Assembly: GCA_963662465.1 (NCBI GenBank)
Contig: OY759599.1
Coordinates: 384,001-448,000 of the forward strand
DNA from: Desulfatiglandales bacterium
GTDB taxonomy: Bacteria > Desulfobacterota > DSM-4660 > Desulfatiglandales > Desulfatiglandaceae
DNA: 64,000 nucleotides
Reading direction: 5' to 3'
This document shows positions 10,434 through 20,243 of this stretch, one piece after another; the first letter of the stretch is position 1, and each line of letters opens with the position of its first letter. The position numbers were made by a program, and so were the translations under genes. Below the pieces are notes generated by a model that worked only from the letters and a program-made list of their open reading frames with translations, did no database searches and had not been told where the DNA came from.

Positions 10434-10877
10434 GTGTTTCCGGCCAATTGCAAGGCCGGAATGATGGGAGATGTCCTTTTAAGAGTGGTTCAATGCCGAT
10501 GTTGTGGTTGCTTTTTTCACGTCTGTCGGTCGTGTTGGCGTGGCCAGGCCTATTGTGGGGAACGATGTCGCAGGATACGCCAAAGACAGCTGCACCGGAA
10601 AGCTCAGGGGAAATACCGCAATTCGAAAAAAGGGAAAGAGCGCCGTCGTTTGTACGAAAAAACAAAAAAATCCAAAAAAAATGGACTGAACCCTGGTGAT
10701 GATAGTTCAACACCTCAAAAAGACTGTGATATTGAACCCAAAAAGCGGTCGGGGAACCGACCCAGCTGTCTTTTTTGCGGGTCGATCGGGGTTGTTGTGG
10801 ACCATTTTCCTCGCCGTGCTTATGCAGGGAGGGTTTTTTCAGATGTAACAGGCTTTGAGAAAACCCCATATCCATGA
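10434..10877 (+). CDS. Cys-rich hypothetical protein (IS passenger)
   Basis: CRCC..CRSCWRGQAYCGERC and CLFC motifs; start uncertain. Confidence 0.6.
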   Translation: MFPANCKAGMMGDVLLRVVQCRCCGCFFHVCRSCWRGQAYCGERCRRIRQRQLHRKAQGKYRNSKKGKERRRLYEKTKKSKKNGLNPGDDSSTPQKDCDIEPKKRSGNRPSCLFCGSIGVVVDHFPRRAYAGRVFSDVTGFEKTPYP

Positions 10878-10889
10878 CAGGAGAAAAAA

Positions 10890-11309
10890 ATGATCAAAAA
10901 AAGAGTCCTTTTTCCCGAAAGAGTGCGTGTCATCAATGGAAGCTTCGGCTTTCTGGAGCATCGTTTTTTGAGAAACGGCTTTTGGGAGAGCCTGAATCAT
11001 CATGAGCTGCTGCTCTACATTTTTCTGGTGTTGGTATCTGACAAAAACGGGCTCTCTTATTATGGTTACGACAGAATCTGCCGGATTTTAAAGGTGCATT
11101 TGGATCAATATATCGATGCCCGCGATGGCTTGTTGGACAAGGATCTGATTGGGTTTGATGGCCGTCTGTTTCAGGTTCTTTCGCTTCCCAGACGTCCTGT
11201 GATTGTGAAACAGGTAAAGGAGATCCGGCAAGGAAATTGGGTCAGTCTTGGAGAAACCATAGAGGAAATCTTTCGGGAGACTGGGTATGGAATCCATCCG
11301 AACCGTTGA
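10890..11309 (+). CDS. Hypothetical protein, possible winged-HTH (IS passenger)
   Basis: AGGAG RBS; LLLYIFLVLVSDKNGLSYY..RICRIL resembles replication-type wHTH proteins. Confidence 0.6.
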   Translation: MIKKRVLFPERVRVINGSFGFLEHRFLRNGFWESLNHHELLLYIFLVLVSDKNGLSYYGYDRICRILKVHLDQYIDARDGLLDKDLIGFDGRLFQVLSLPRRPVIVKQVKEIRQGNWVSLGETIEEIFRETGYGIHPNR

Positions 11310-12171
11310 TATTCATTTGCTGGAGTTGCGTTACGCTCATTGCCGGATAATGAATCACCAGGCTTTAAAGCGATTGAGGGATTCCATCGAAACTTACGGG
11401 CAGATCGTTCCGGCCCTGGCTATTGAAGAAAAAGACAAACTGATTCTGATTGATGGCTACCTGCGTGTTCGAGCGCTTTGTGCTTGTGGAAAGGACCGGA
11501 TATGTGTCCAATTCTCAAAAGAAAACGAACAAAATGCCATGTTTTCGCTTTTAACCAAGGCCAATGAACGGCAATGGGAAGTCATTGAGCAGTCTGTTTT
11601 ACTTCAGGAATTACATCGGCGTTTTGGGTGCAGCCTCTCCCATATTGCAACCCGAATAGGGCGCGACAAGAGTTTTGTAAAACGGCGGCTGGACCTGGTT
11701 GAAGCCCTGCCGGAAAATATTTTGAGAACCGTGATTGCAGGCTCACTTTCAACCTGGGCTGCCAGCCGTGTCATGGCGCCGTTGGCGCGCGCCAACGGTG
11801 AAGACGCACAAAAACTGTTGGCCCACCTGGAAAAAGAACCTCTATCCACAAGGGAACTGGCCCGTTTCTACGCACATTACCAGAAAAGCAACCGGTCTGT
11901 TCGAGACCACATGCTGGAAAATCCATCCCTTTTCATAAAAGTTCTCGAACAAAGAACCCAGTCTAAACAAGCCAAAGAAGTTCATGATGGACCGGAAGGC
12001 AAATGGTTCAAGGATATTGAAATGGCATATGCGGTTCTCAAACGTCTGGTGAAAACCGTTTCGCATGTCCATTACCCAAAAAGCGATCAGTTGAAGAAAC
12101 AAACGCTCAAAACCTGGGTGAAAAAGATAGAAAAACAAGCACTGGAACTCAAGAAAGCGACCCAATTATGA
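11287..12171 (+). CDS. ParB/Spo0J-like protein
   Basis: LRDSIETYGQIVP...LIDGYLRVRA (ParB N-domain), HTH SHIATRIGRDKSFVKRRL; coupled to istA. Confidence 0.8.
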   Translation: MESIRTVDIHLLELRYAHCRIMNHQALKRLRDSIETYGQIVPALAIEEKDKLILIDGYLRVRALCACGKDRICVQFSKENEQNAMFSLLTKANERQWEVIEQSVLLQELHRRFGCSLSHIATRIGRDKSFVKRRLDLVEALPENILRTVIAGSLSTWAASRVMAPLARANGEDAQKLLAHLEKEPLSTRELARFYAHYQKSNRSVRDHMLENPSLFIKVLEQRTQSKQAKEVHDGPEGKWFKDIEMAYAVLKRLVKTVSHVHYPKSDQLKKQTLKTWVKKIEKQALELKKATQL

Positions 12172-13550
12172 TCCGACAATCCAAAAAAGATGCCATTGTG
12201 GAATTGAAAAAAACCGGCATGAGTTTGCGCGACATCGCCAAAACCCTGAAGGCCGGTCGCAATACCGTCACGAAGGTTTTAGATGATCATGACGAAGAGG
12301 CGGTACCCCAAAGGAACTCCCGGTATGAAGAACATGTCCCGTTGATCCGCGAGCTTTTCAAGGAATGTAAAGGAAATGCCGTGCGAGTAGCCGAGGAACT
12401 GGAAAGCCGCCAACAGATCAAAATCCCTTATCAGAGTCTGACCTGGATTATGAGAAAGTACGAGATCCGGGAACGTAAAAAAAGACGGGCGGGCCAATAC
12501 CATTTTAAACCCGGTCAGGAGATGCAGCATGATACGTCACCCCATCTGGTTGTCATTAATGGGAAAAAAATGTCGACCCAGTGCGCGTCCCTGACCCTGG
12601 CCTTTTGCCGAAGGATTTTTATTCAGTATTACCCCTGTTTTACCCGGTTTGAGTGCAAGGTTTTCCTAAAAAAAGCATTCGAGTTTATGGACGGGGTGTG
12701 TTCCCGGTGCATGGTTGACAACACCAATGTTATTGTGGCCGGCGGCACCGGGCCTGATGCATTGATTGCGCCTGAAATGAAATACTTCGGCGATATGTAT
12801 GGAACCCGGTTTGAGGCCCATGCTGTAGGAGACGCCAATCGAAGTGCCCGTGTGGAAAGGCCTTTTCATTTTGTGGAAAACAATTTTCTTCCCGGTAGAA
12901 CATTTGTTAGCTGGCAGGATTTGAACCGGCAGGCAATCGACTGGTGCCGGAATACAAGCGATAAAAAGTTTAAACGGGCTTTAGGGATGACGCCGGATGA
13001 GGCCTATGTCATTGAAAAGCCATATCTCATTGATTTACCGGCATACCAGCCGCCAGTCTATGTGGCAGAACACAGGGTAGCCGATGTTCAGGGATATGTG
13101 CACTTGGACACCAACCGCTATTCAGTCCCTGAAGCGCTGATTGGGAACTCCCTGGAAGTACAGAAACATTGGCTCAAGGTCATCGTTTACGACAAAAACA
13201 CAAAAGTGGCGGAACATGACCGCATACTGGATAAACGCAACACCCGAACAACCCTGCCCGGTCACCATGTTCCCATTCGAAGAAAAAAAGATCCCCGAAT
13301 CCCTTCAAAAGAAGAACAGCTGTTGACGGGAGAGGATGCCATCCTGGATGAGTATGTGGCTGAACTGAAGAAAAGAAGTCACGGTCGCGGTGTGGTCAAG
13401 TTACGTCGGTTGCTTCATCTGAAACGCACTTATCCCGGGGAACCTTTTTTGAAAGCCATAACACAGGCGCTTAAATATGGACTTTTTGATTTGTCGCGTC
13501 TGGAAAACATTATTCTCGATTATATCGCGGGAGACTTTTTTGATCTATGA
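12168..13550 (+). CDS. istA: IS21-family transposase
   Basis: N-terminal HTH, PGQEMQHD, VDN, ARVER DDE core, NRYSVP. Confidence 0.9.
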   Translation: MIRQSKKDAIVELKKTGMSLRDIAKTLKAGRNTVTKVLDDHDEEAVPQRNSRYEEHVPLIRELFKECKGNAVRVAEELESRQQIKIPYQSLTWIMRKYEIRERKKRRAGQYHFKPGQEMQHDTSPHLVVINGKKMSTQCASLTLAFCRRIFIQYYPCFTRFECKVFLKKAFEFMDGVCSRCMVDNTNVIVAGGTGPDALIAPEMKYFGDMYGTRFEAHAVGDANRSARVERPFHFVENNFLPGRTFVSWQDLNRQAIDWCRNTSDKKFKRALGMTPDEAYVIEKPYLIDLPAYQPPVYVAEHRVADVQGYVHLDTNRYSVPEALIGNSLEVQKHWLKVIVYDKNTKVAEHDRILDKRNTRTTLPGHHVPIRRKKDPRIPSKEEQLLTGEDAILDEYVAELKKRSHGRGVVKLRRLLHLKRTYPGEPFLKAITQALKYGLFDLSRLENIILDYIAGDFFDL

Positions 13551-14266
13551 AAAAGAAAATTGAACAGTTACTCATTGATTTGAAGTTTAAAGGCATGCTG
13601 AAGGCTCTCGAAGAACAGTTGGCTTCGGCTGAAAAGAACGGTTTTTCCATTCACGAGGTCATCTACAATCTCCTGGCTGAGGAATTACGTTTCCGGCAGG
13701 AGCGCAGCATGATCTATCGGGTCCAGATTGCAAAGCTTCCATGGGAATGGACCCTCAACTCCTTTCCGTTTGATCTTCAGCCGGGAATACAGAAGAGCCG
13801 GATCATGACGTTGTCCGGCCTTGACTTTATCAGCCGAAGAGAAAACATCGTGTTCCATGGAAAAACCGGCGTCGGCAAAACGGGATTGGCCGTGGGGATC
13901 CTTCGTCAAGCCATTATTGCCGGGTACCGGGGGCGTTTTTATAATGTTCAGGATTTGCTGGATCAGCTCTATGCGTCTTTGGCAGATCGGTCCACCCCGA
14001 AACTCCTCAATGCCCTTTGCAGATATGACCTGCTTCTGCTCGATGAACTGGGATACCTGACCCTCAAAAAAGAGCAGATGAACGCCTTTTTTAAACTCAT
14101 GAAAGATCGCTATGAAGCCGGTCGGTCCACAATTATTACGACCAATCTTCAACCTGAACAATGGTATTCGCTGCTTGAACCAAAGGACATGGTCGATGCC
14201 TTGCTGGATCGTCTCAACCATCGCTGCATCAACATTCATATTGATGGTCCTTCCCTCAGAAAATGA
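13547..14266 (+). CDS. istB: IS21 helper ATPase
   Basis: GKTGVGKT, LLLLDELGY, TIITTN, ALLDRL. Confidence 0.95.
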   Translation: MKKKIEQLLIDLKFKGMLKALEEQLASAEKNGFSIHEVIYNLLAEELRFRQERSMIYRVQIAKLPWEWTLNSFPFDLQPGIQKSRIMTLSGLDFISRRENIVFHGKTGVGKTGLAVGILRQAIIAGYRGRFYNVQDLLDQLYASLADRSTPKLLNALCRYDLLLLDELGYLTLKKEQMNAFFKLMKDRYEAGRSTIITTNLQPEQWYSLLEPKDMVDALLDRLNHRCINIHIDGPSLRK

Positions 14267-14352
14267 GATGTTCGCCAAAGGGCCGGTTTTGAGGTCTGAA
14301 TATCACCGGTCTGTTTGAATCTCGTTACACGAATATCAGAAATTACCTTGTC

Positions 14353-14562
14353 TTGGAGCTTGAAATGAGAGGTGGAAAACGGGTAGGCGCCGGCCGAAGA
14401 AAGAAACCGGAACATTTGAGACGTGAACTGCTCACCATTCGTCTCCCCAAATGGATGATTCTACAGCTGAAAAAAAACGGGGAAATTGGATATTTGATTG
14501 AGGACCAATTGGCGAAGGGAGGCCTCCTGAATTTACCGGACGACTATGACATAGACAAATAG
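14353..14562 (+). CDS. Small hypothetical DNA-binding protein
   Basis: RGGKRVGAGR...TIRLPKW, RHH-like. Confidence 0.45.
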   Translation: MELEMRGGKRVGAGRRKKPEHLRRELLTIRLPKWMILQLKKNGEIGYLIEDQLAKGGLLNLPDDYDIDK

Positions 14563-15019
14563 TTCCTCAATAAGCATTGCCCTTAACCGAAAAATCTAAT
14601 CCCCTCTTCTCTGCCATCACCATATTGATGGTATCCTCATCACTGATTCTTCAACCAGAACGCTACGTGTCTCACCAGCATTTTTAAAATACCATCTGAT
14701 ATACTCTTTCATGCAGCCTCTAACAAATTTACAAGAAAACCCTTCTAAAAGGAAAAGACCAGTGCGCAATATCTGGTTCCGTTTGGAGTAGCAAAACTGG
14801 TTCCATTTTGGTTAGCGCCCAAGCCCGGTGTTTCAGATGTGAAAAAAACTTCAATGCCATCGACCTTGTTATGGCTGTCAAGGGATTGGGTTTTAAAGAA
14901 AGTGTTGTGTTTTTGAAACAAATACTGGCGATGGACTCAAACCGCAACGGAGATGCCGGTCAGGCGGTGCGCACCCTTGCAGCAGGCATTGGCTTTTCAA
15001 TGCCGGGATTGAGGTAGTT

Positions 15020-15694
15020 ATGCATCAGGAACGATTAAACTACCTTGAAACGATTATTGCGGGCAAGCAACGGAATTTTTATGAACTGGGAAAGGCCCTC
15101 AATGAGATAAAACAGACTCGTTTATATCGGCTGGCCCTGTATGACAATTTTGGCGCCTACGTCAAAGCCCGCTGGGATATGGGCAGATCCCAGGCCTATC
15201 GGGTTATCAATGCCTATCAGGTCGTTAACAATCTGTCCCCAATTGGGGGCAGACTTCCTGTTAATGAGTCACAGGTTCGCCCCCTGGCCAAGTTAACTCC
15301 CCTTGAACAGCGGGCTGCCTGGAAACGCTTCCTGGCAACGGGCGAGGAACTGACGGCATTGAATATCAAAACCTTTGTCTGTTCAGACGACCGTTCTCAT
15401 AAAAACAATTTTGTCAATTTGACGGATCTTATCTCCGATGCGTACATGGATGCGGTGTCAACCATGATAGAGCAGATTCGCATTGCTCAGCATGACCGCT
15501 GGCAGAAGACCTCTCGCCAGGCAGCTCTCCTGTGGAATCAGGTCATAAGTACCCGAGCAAATGTTTTTCAACATCTTTTTGATGTAATCCGCAATATACA
15601 AAGGGTAAACACCATCTTAAAATACCCTAAAATATATGCTTGGGTACTTACAGGAGAAAATTTTGGCAAAGGAGCCGGACAATGGATAACCTAA
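15020..15694 (+). CDS. Mobile-element hypothetical protein, C-terminus frameshifted by a MITE
   Basis: ELGKALNEIK..RLYR...F..YV..RW...RSQAYR..LPVNESQVRPL; removing the MITE gives QVIQEKILAKEPDNG*. Confidence 0.7.
   Translation: MHQERLNYLETIIAGKQRNFYELGKALNEIKQTRLYRLALYDNFGAYVKARWDMGRSQAYRVINAYQVVNNLSPIGGRLPVNESQVRPLAKLTPLEQRAAWKRFLATGEELTALNIKTFVCSDDRSHKNNFVNLTDLISDAYMDAVSTMIEQIRIAQHDRWQKTSRQAALLWNQVISTRANVFQHLFDVIRNIQRVNTILKYPKIYAWVLTGENFGKGAGQWIT
15548..15648. mobile_element. 101-bp MITE with TA duplication
   Basis: TA|AGTACCCGAGCA...TGCTTGGGTACT|TA. Confidence 0.75.
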
Positions 15695-17205
15695 CATTGG
15701 ATGACCGTTTCCATTTGCTGCTCTACAAAAAACTCATGAACAAGCAGGGAGCTGCCCTGCGGCGGGCAAAAAAGTATTACAAAGATCAGTATCGGAAAAC
15801 CGGCATCATCCCGGGGCCGCTATTGCTTGCAGAGAAAGGCATTATGGAGGGCAGGCGATGCAGTGGCAGGCCTCGGTCGCTGGACGATGAGACCCGCAAG
15901 CGTTTTATTGCCATGGTCAAGGCATCCTGCGACCCATCAAACCCGGCGTTTATTTTTATCACCAGAAAGGCCAGAATCATAAAGAATTACCATCATTGGC
16001 TTCAAGCTGAGTTGAACCGACCCGTCTCTATTGCCGCCCTCCGGCGCTCAGTGAAGCGAGACAATCTAAAACCGTATCTTACTAGACCGGATTTTGATGA
16101 TGATGTGCCCACCAACCATTGTTTTGACCCGGCGCCGGTGTTTGATCTGATCCAGATGGATGGTTGCAAGTTCCATTATTTGAAAATCAGAGATGACAAT
16201 GGATACTGGCAACAACCCCAGGTGATTGAATTGTTTGATACGGGGTCCCGCTATATGTTTGTCCTCGATGTGTTCTTCTCTGAAAGCAGTTTAAATGCGG
16301 TGGAGCTGTTCACGCAGTTTTTGTTGAGTACGCCATTCCCCCAGAAAACCTTTCGTATCCGACCGGATAACGCCAAAGGATTTTTGAACCTCAAGCGGGC
16401 CTTTAACGCCGTGAACCTTGCCCATTCAGTTCCCAAAGGGTTTTATATGGACGCCGATTTCGCTCGAATCCATGCCCCTAAAGATAAAGCACACCTGGAA
16501 TCATCTCATCGAAGCCTGCATCATTTTGAGATCCGGATTATCAAGGCATTCGAAGACCGGATTGTCAAAACTGTCCCTGGTTATATTTTCACATGTGGGA
16601 AAAGGGAACAGATCACAGTAACCCTCCTTGATATCAGCCGCTATGAATTAAAGGCCAGTTCACTGATACAGGACTATTGTCATGAACACAACGCAACAAA
16701 ACATTATTTCAGCGAAAATGGAAAAATCTCAACCTGGGTTCCGGAACAGAAATTAGCGCATGTTTTCCAGACAGAGGAAAATACCCTGACTTTTGCACCC
16801 CAACAGGTAAAACAGTATATGAAGTATGGTCTGCGCAAAACCCCGGCAACGGTATCGACAAAAAAAACAATCCGATGTGATAACCGGATTTACCATGTAA
16901 CCGTTGGTGCGGACGCATTCAGTAATCACAAAAGCACCCCTGTAAAGATATCCCGCTATCATGACAAGCTGTTCATTTTCGAGCCCAAGGATAACGGAAT
17001 TCTTCTGGGGGAGGCCATGCCCATGACCCCACCGGAACACCCTGTAAAATCGCCTGTTATAGACATTGAAAAAGGGGAACTCGAACAGATCATTTCCTTT
17101 TTGGAACATTATGATATGACCGTTGATCGCCCTGCATTGATCGAGACATATAATAAGGGACTGTCATTGGAGAGAAAGGCTATCCAATTGGTTCTGGGGA
17201 AATAG
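15682..17205 (+). CDS. DDE integrase/transposase, 3'-truncated
   Basis: LIQMDG, IRPDN, KAHLESSH catalytic triad pattern; last codons derive from another IS fragment. Confidence 0.75.
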   Translation: MDNLTLDDRFHLLLYKKLMNKQGAALRRAKKYYKDQYRKTGIIPGPLLLAEKGIMEGRRCSGRPRSLDDETRKRFIAMVKASCDPSNPAFIFITRKARIIKNYHHWLQAELNRPVSIAALRRSVKRDNLKPYLTRPDFDDDVPTNHCFDPAPVFDLIQMDGCKFHYLKIRDDNGYWQQPQVIELFDTGSRYMFVLDVFFSESSLNAVELFTQFLLSTPFPQKTFRIRPDNAKGFLNLKRAFNAVNLAHSVPKGFYMDADFARIHAPKDKAHLESSHRSLHHFEIRIIKAFEDRIVKTVPGYIFTCGKREQITVTLLDISRYELKASSLIQDYCHEHNATKHYFSENGKISTWVPEQKLAHVFQTEENTLTFAPQQVKQYMKYGLRKTPATVSTKKTIRCDNRIYHVTVGADAFSNHKSTPVKISRYHDKLFIFEPKDNGILLGEAMPMTPPEHPVKSPVIDIEKGELEQIISFLEHYDMTVDRPALIETYNKGLSLERKAIQLVLGK

Positions 17206-17360
17206 AAAGCGCTCATAAATCAATACCGCAAAAACGATTGAAAATCCCCGGTGCGACTTGGCGCCCTTCTTCAATTGATCCTATGCTTGCATTGCGAGTG
17301 TTGAGAGCAGATGACTGGTGGGATGATTCCGGACTCAAAGGAATCAGAAGTTGTTGGCAG
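17171..17360 (+). pseudogene. C-terminal remnant of an ISKra4/ISLre2-like transposase
   Basis: KGYPIGSGEIESAHK..QKRLKIPGATW...MLALR. Confidence 0.7.
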
Positions 17361-17869
17361 CCTAACTCTCCAACAGCCGTGATTTACACCCAATCCGTTT
17401 ATTCCCGCCTTATTCTCACTCTCGCCCCTTCTGCAGCTTTAAACCCATTCTTTCAGAGGTTCACGATCTCAAGAATGCAATTGATATCATATGGGAAGTT
17501 TTCAAAACGGACAAGAGAGTCCGACGTTTGATTGTATGAAGAATGCTGTAACCAAAACAGGGGGGTGATTTATCATGGATGGGCTGAATGTGAAGCGAAT
17601 TAATAAACAGGGATAAATTTCCATTGACAAGAAATACGCAGGCAAGAAGGTTTAAATCGACCAATATCCCGATGGTACCGTTGTTTTGACGCCCATTGAG
17701 TTTATCAGTGAATTTGAAATCAATCTTCTCAAGTTCCGATCATTTCAGGACCGCCTGAAGGCTTTCGACCGATGGGAAGCAGTTCATGATGCCTCAGAAG
17801 CCAAGCTTGCTGATCTGGAGAGACATTTTGAGGATTGACCTAATCTTTCCCGGTTTTCAAAAAGATTTC

Positions 17870-18026
17870 GGTTCATCGCGGATTAACGTGAAATTTGGTT
17901 TGACTGGATTTTGGCCCGTGCTGTAGGTGCGAATTCAGTCGTACAGAGCAGATGCCCTTTGTGCGACTAAAGTTGCACCTACAATCGTTCCAAAAGTTAG
18001 GGCTTCACGGCAATCCGCGAAGAGGC
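17870..18026 (+). mobile_element. REP-carrying MITE (copy 1)
   Basis: End GGTTCATCGCGGATTAACGTGAAA identical to 55757; inner inverted REP pair; flanks aagatttc/aagatgac (6/8). Confidence 0.7.
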
Positions 18027-18402
18027 AAGATGACCCATAGCGGTTTAACGTGAACCGTGGATTGAAACCCTTCGATGAATTTCACCATATTTTCATCAAA
18101 ATAAATGCTCCTACAAAAAAACCTATTGACTTTTTCATTTTTTCGGAATAGCGAATGATTGAATTGAGTCAGCGCTATGATTTTGCGATTAACGTGAAAC
18201 TTGTTTCTGATGATGGTTTCACGGGGCCTGTAGGTGCGGCTTCAGCCGCACAGCATTGCTTTTTTAGGTTGTTCTTTTTGCGAAGTGTTCCGATTGTGTT
18301 GTACTCCGATTGTAGGTGCGACTTTAGTCGCACATTTCATTACGTTTTGCAATGCTTTCAAAAGGTTTTGGGGTCGGGTGATTTAATGAGGAGGGAAGGG
18401 CG

Positions 18403-19479
18403 GTGAAAAAAGAGATGAATCGGTTTTTAACGATTTGGGCGATTGGTTTGGCCGTGGTTTGCCTGTCTTTTGGAGCCCATGGGCGTGCGGCGGAAAAAGA
18501 CTGTAATGTGTTCATCAGTTGCGGGAATCCCTACGACTGCTGCAACAATGGAACCCAGGAACAGGACGGCAACTGCACCTGGTGGGCGTGGAAGATGATG
18601 TATGACCGGTGGGGGTATCGGGCGCCCACCTGGCACAATGCCGGTCAAGTATGGTTGGATGGCGCGCAACAGGCTGGGTTGCCCACGGGTGATGGAAATT
18701 CTCCCAGAGTCGGGTCCGTTTTTGTCCAATCCGGGCATGTGGGGTGGGTTTTCAAGGTGGACGGGAATACCATCTACACCACTCAAATGAACTGCGGATA
18801 TCCGGACCAGTACACTAGCGAACAGAACGATTACAAAACCTATGACATTACTACGCAAACGTTCCTGGGTTTCATCTATCCGCCGGACGGCTCCGGGCCG
18901 GTGCCGGATACGGGTGTGACAAAATGTTATGACACGGCCGGAAACGTCATCATCTGTCCGGATTCCGGTGAGGACTATTACGGCCAGGACGGCAATTACA
19001 CCATCAACCCGCCGTCCTATACCAAGCTGGATTCGCAGGGTTATGTTCTATCGGTTGCCGCCACATCCTGGGCCATGGTTCTAGACAATGTCACCGGGCT
19101 GTACTGGGAGGCGAAACAGAACAAGGACGGTGCCTCACATTACGATAATCCCCATGATGCCGACAATACCTATAACTGGTACGACGCGCAGAATATCTTC
19201 ATCAAGGCCCTAAACGACGCCAATTTCGGCGGCCATTGCGACTGGCGTTTGCCCACCAACAAGGAGCTGGCTTTTCTGGTGGATTACAGCATCGCGTATC
19301 CGGGGCCGACCATCAACATGACCTATTTTGCGAATACGGTGTCGTCCTATTACTGGTCGTCTACTACCTATGCCAATACTCCGGACGACGCCTGGCTCGT
19401 CGATTTCTACGATGGCTACCGCCTCTGGTACTGTAAGTCCTACAGCGATTACGTTCGGGCGGTTCGCGGCGGACAGTGA
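18403..19479 (+). CDS. DGR target 1: signal peptide + CHAP domain + DUF1566 (Lcl/CLec-type) domain with C-terminal VR
   Basis: GNCTWWAW...GHVGWV (CHAP Cys/His); PDTG..CYD, DNVTGLYWE, DWRLPT..EL, YWSST, VRAVRGG; VR matches TR. Confidence 0.9.
   Translation: MKKEMNRFLTIWAIGLAVVCLSFGAHGRAAEKDCNVFISCGNPYDCCNNGTQEQDGNCTWWAWKMMYDRWGYRAPTWHNAGQVWLDGAQQAGLPTGDGNSPRVGSVFVQSGHVGWVFKVDGNTIYTTQMNCGYPDQYTSEQNDYKTYDITTQTFLGFIYPPDGSGPVPDTGVTKCYDTAGNVIICPDSGEDYYGQDGNYTINPPSYTKLDSQGYVLSVAATSWAMVLDNVTGLYWEAKQNKDGASHYDNPHDADNTYNWYDAQNIFIKALNDANFGGHCDWRLPTNKELAFLVDYSIAYPGPTINMTYFANTVSSYYWSSTTYANTPDDAWLVDFYDGYRLWYCKSYSDYVRAVRGGQ
19338..19473 (+). repeat. DGR variable repeat VR1
   Basis: 136-bp ungapped match to TR; 21 mismatches, 20 at TR adenines. 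Confidence 0.97.
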
Positions 19480-19526
19480 TCGATTATTCGGTAATTTGAT
19501 GCTTTGTTCATTTGGAGCTGAAAATC

Positions 19527-19925
19527 TTGGCAAGGTATGAACATCTACCCCTATACAAAGCGGCCATGGACATGGGAGTCTATCTCGAAGGTATGGTCCA
19601 TAACTTCAGCCGGTATCACAAATATACCACCGGTCAGGAACTGCGTAGCCTGGCCCGCGAAATCATCAAGCTTATCATCTGGGCCAATTCGGTCCGGGAT
19701 AGGAGCGACATCCTGTCGGAACTGGTGATCCAGTGCGAAATGCTCAAGACCATGCTCTTTTTTGCCAAGGAAACCAAGGCGATTCAGAGCTTCAAGGCAT
19801 TTTAGCACGCCTCCGGTCTGGCGGTGTTGCTTTGCAGACAGAGCGAGGGCTGGCTTAAAAGCAGTCGAAAGGGCCCGAATCGCCCACCCCCGGATGGGAA
19901 AGGGGGGCCGGCGAGTGCGCCATGA
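19527..19925 (+). pseudogene. avd: Avd-like four-helix-bundle accessory protein interrupted by an in-frame TAG (19803-19805)
   Basis: MARYEHLPLYK...FSRYHKYTTGQELR; frame continues after TAG as HASGLAVLLCRQSEGWLKS; lies between target and TR. Confidence 0.8.
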
Positions 19926-20243
19926 ACACTGTGCGCCTCCCCCGCCTGGCGGTTCATGCAGGCATATTCATGCAGGGCGTGGAGGGATCCGCGCCCGGTG
20001 GAAGGAAATTCATTGCGGCCTGCACAGCTGTGGGTGCGACTGTAGGTGCGACTTCAGTCGCACAGCAACGTCGTGCGCCAATACCGGGTATGGCTTGTGC
20101 GAATAAATTCGCACCTACAGTGCAACCGTCCCGACGGCGGATGTTTTGACCCCGGGATGGGTTGTGCGGCTGAAGCCGCACCTACAGCACAGTGCCACAG
20201 CACAGCGCTATTGTGGGTTTCCTTCATCAAGTGGGGAGGTGAT

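Larger units (their letters stand above)
10097..14822 (+). mobile_element. IS21-family element with passenger genes (ends approximate)
   Basis: Imperfect inverted ends (cgctaatcaaaactgaaccaagtttgcta / tagcaaaactggttccattttggttagcg); junction repeat gcccggtg(c/t)ttca at 10091 and 14823; istA-istB inside. Confidence 0.85.
9917..15017 (+). pseudogene. CHC2/primase-type zinc-finger gene split by an IS21-like element (pieces 9917-10103 and 14823-15017)
   Basis: ...CPVCNEFQTATHPVTNLARCF | RCEKNFNAIDLVMAVKGLGFKESV rejoins across the insertion. Confidence 0.8.

Noticed and set aside
17590..17838. AbrB-like small gene
   Set aside because: Two in-frame TAA stops and weak similarity; too uncertain to annotate
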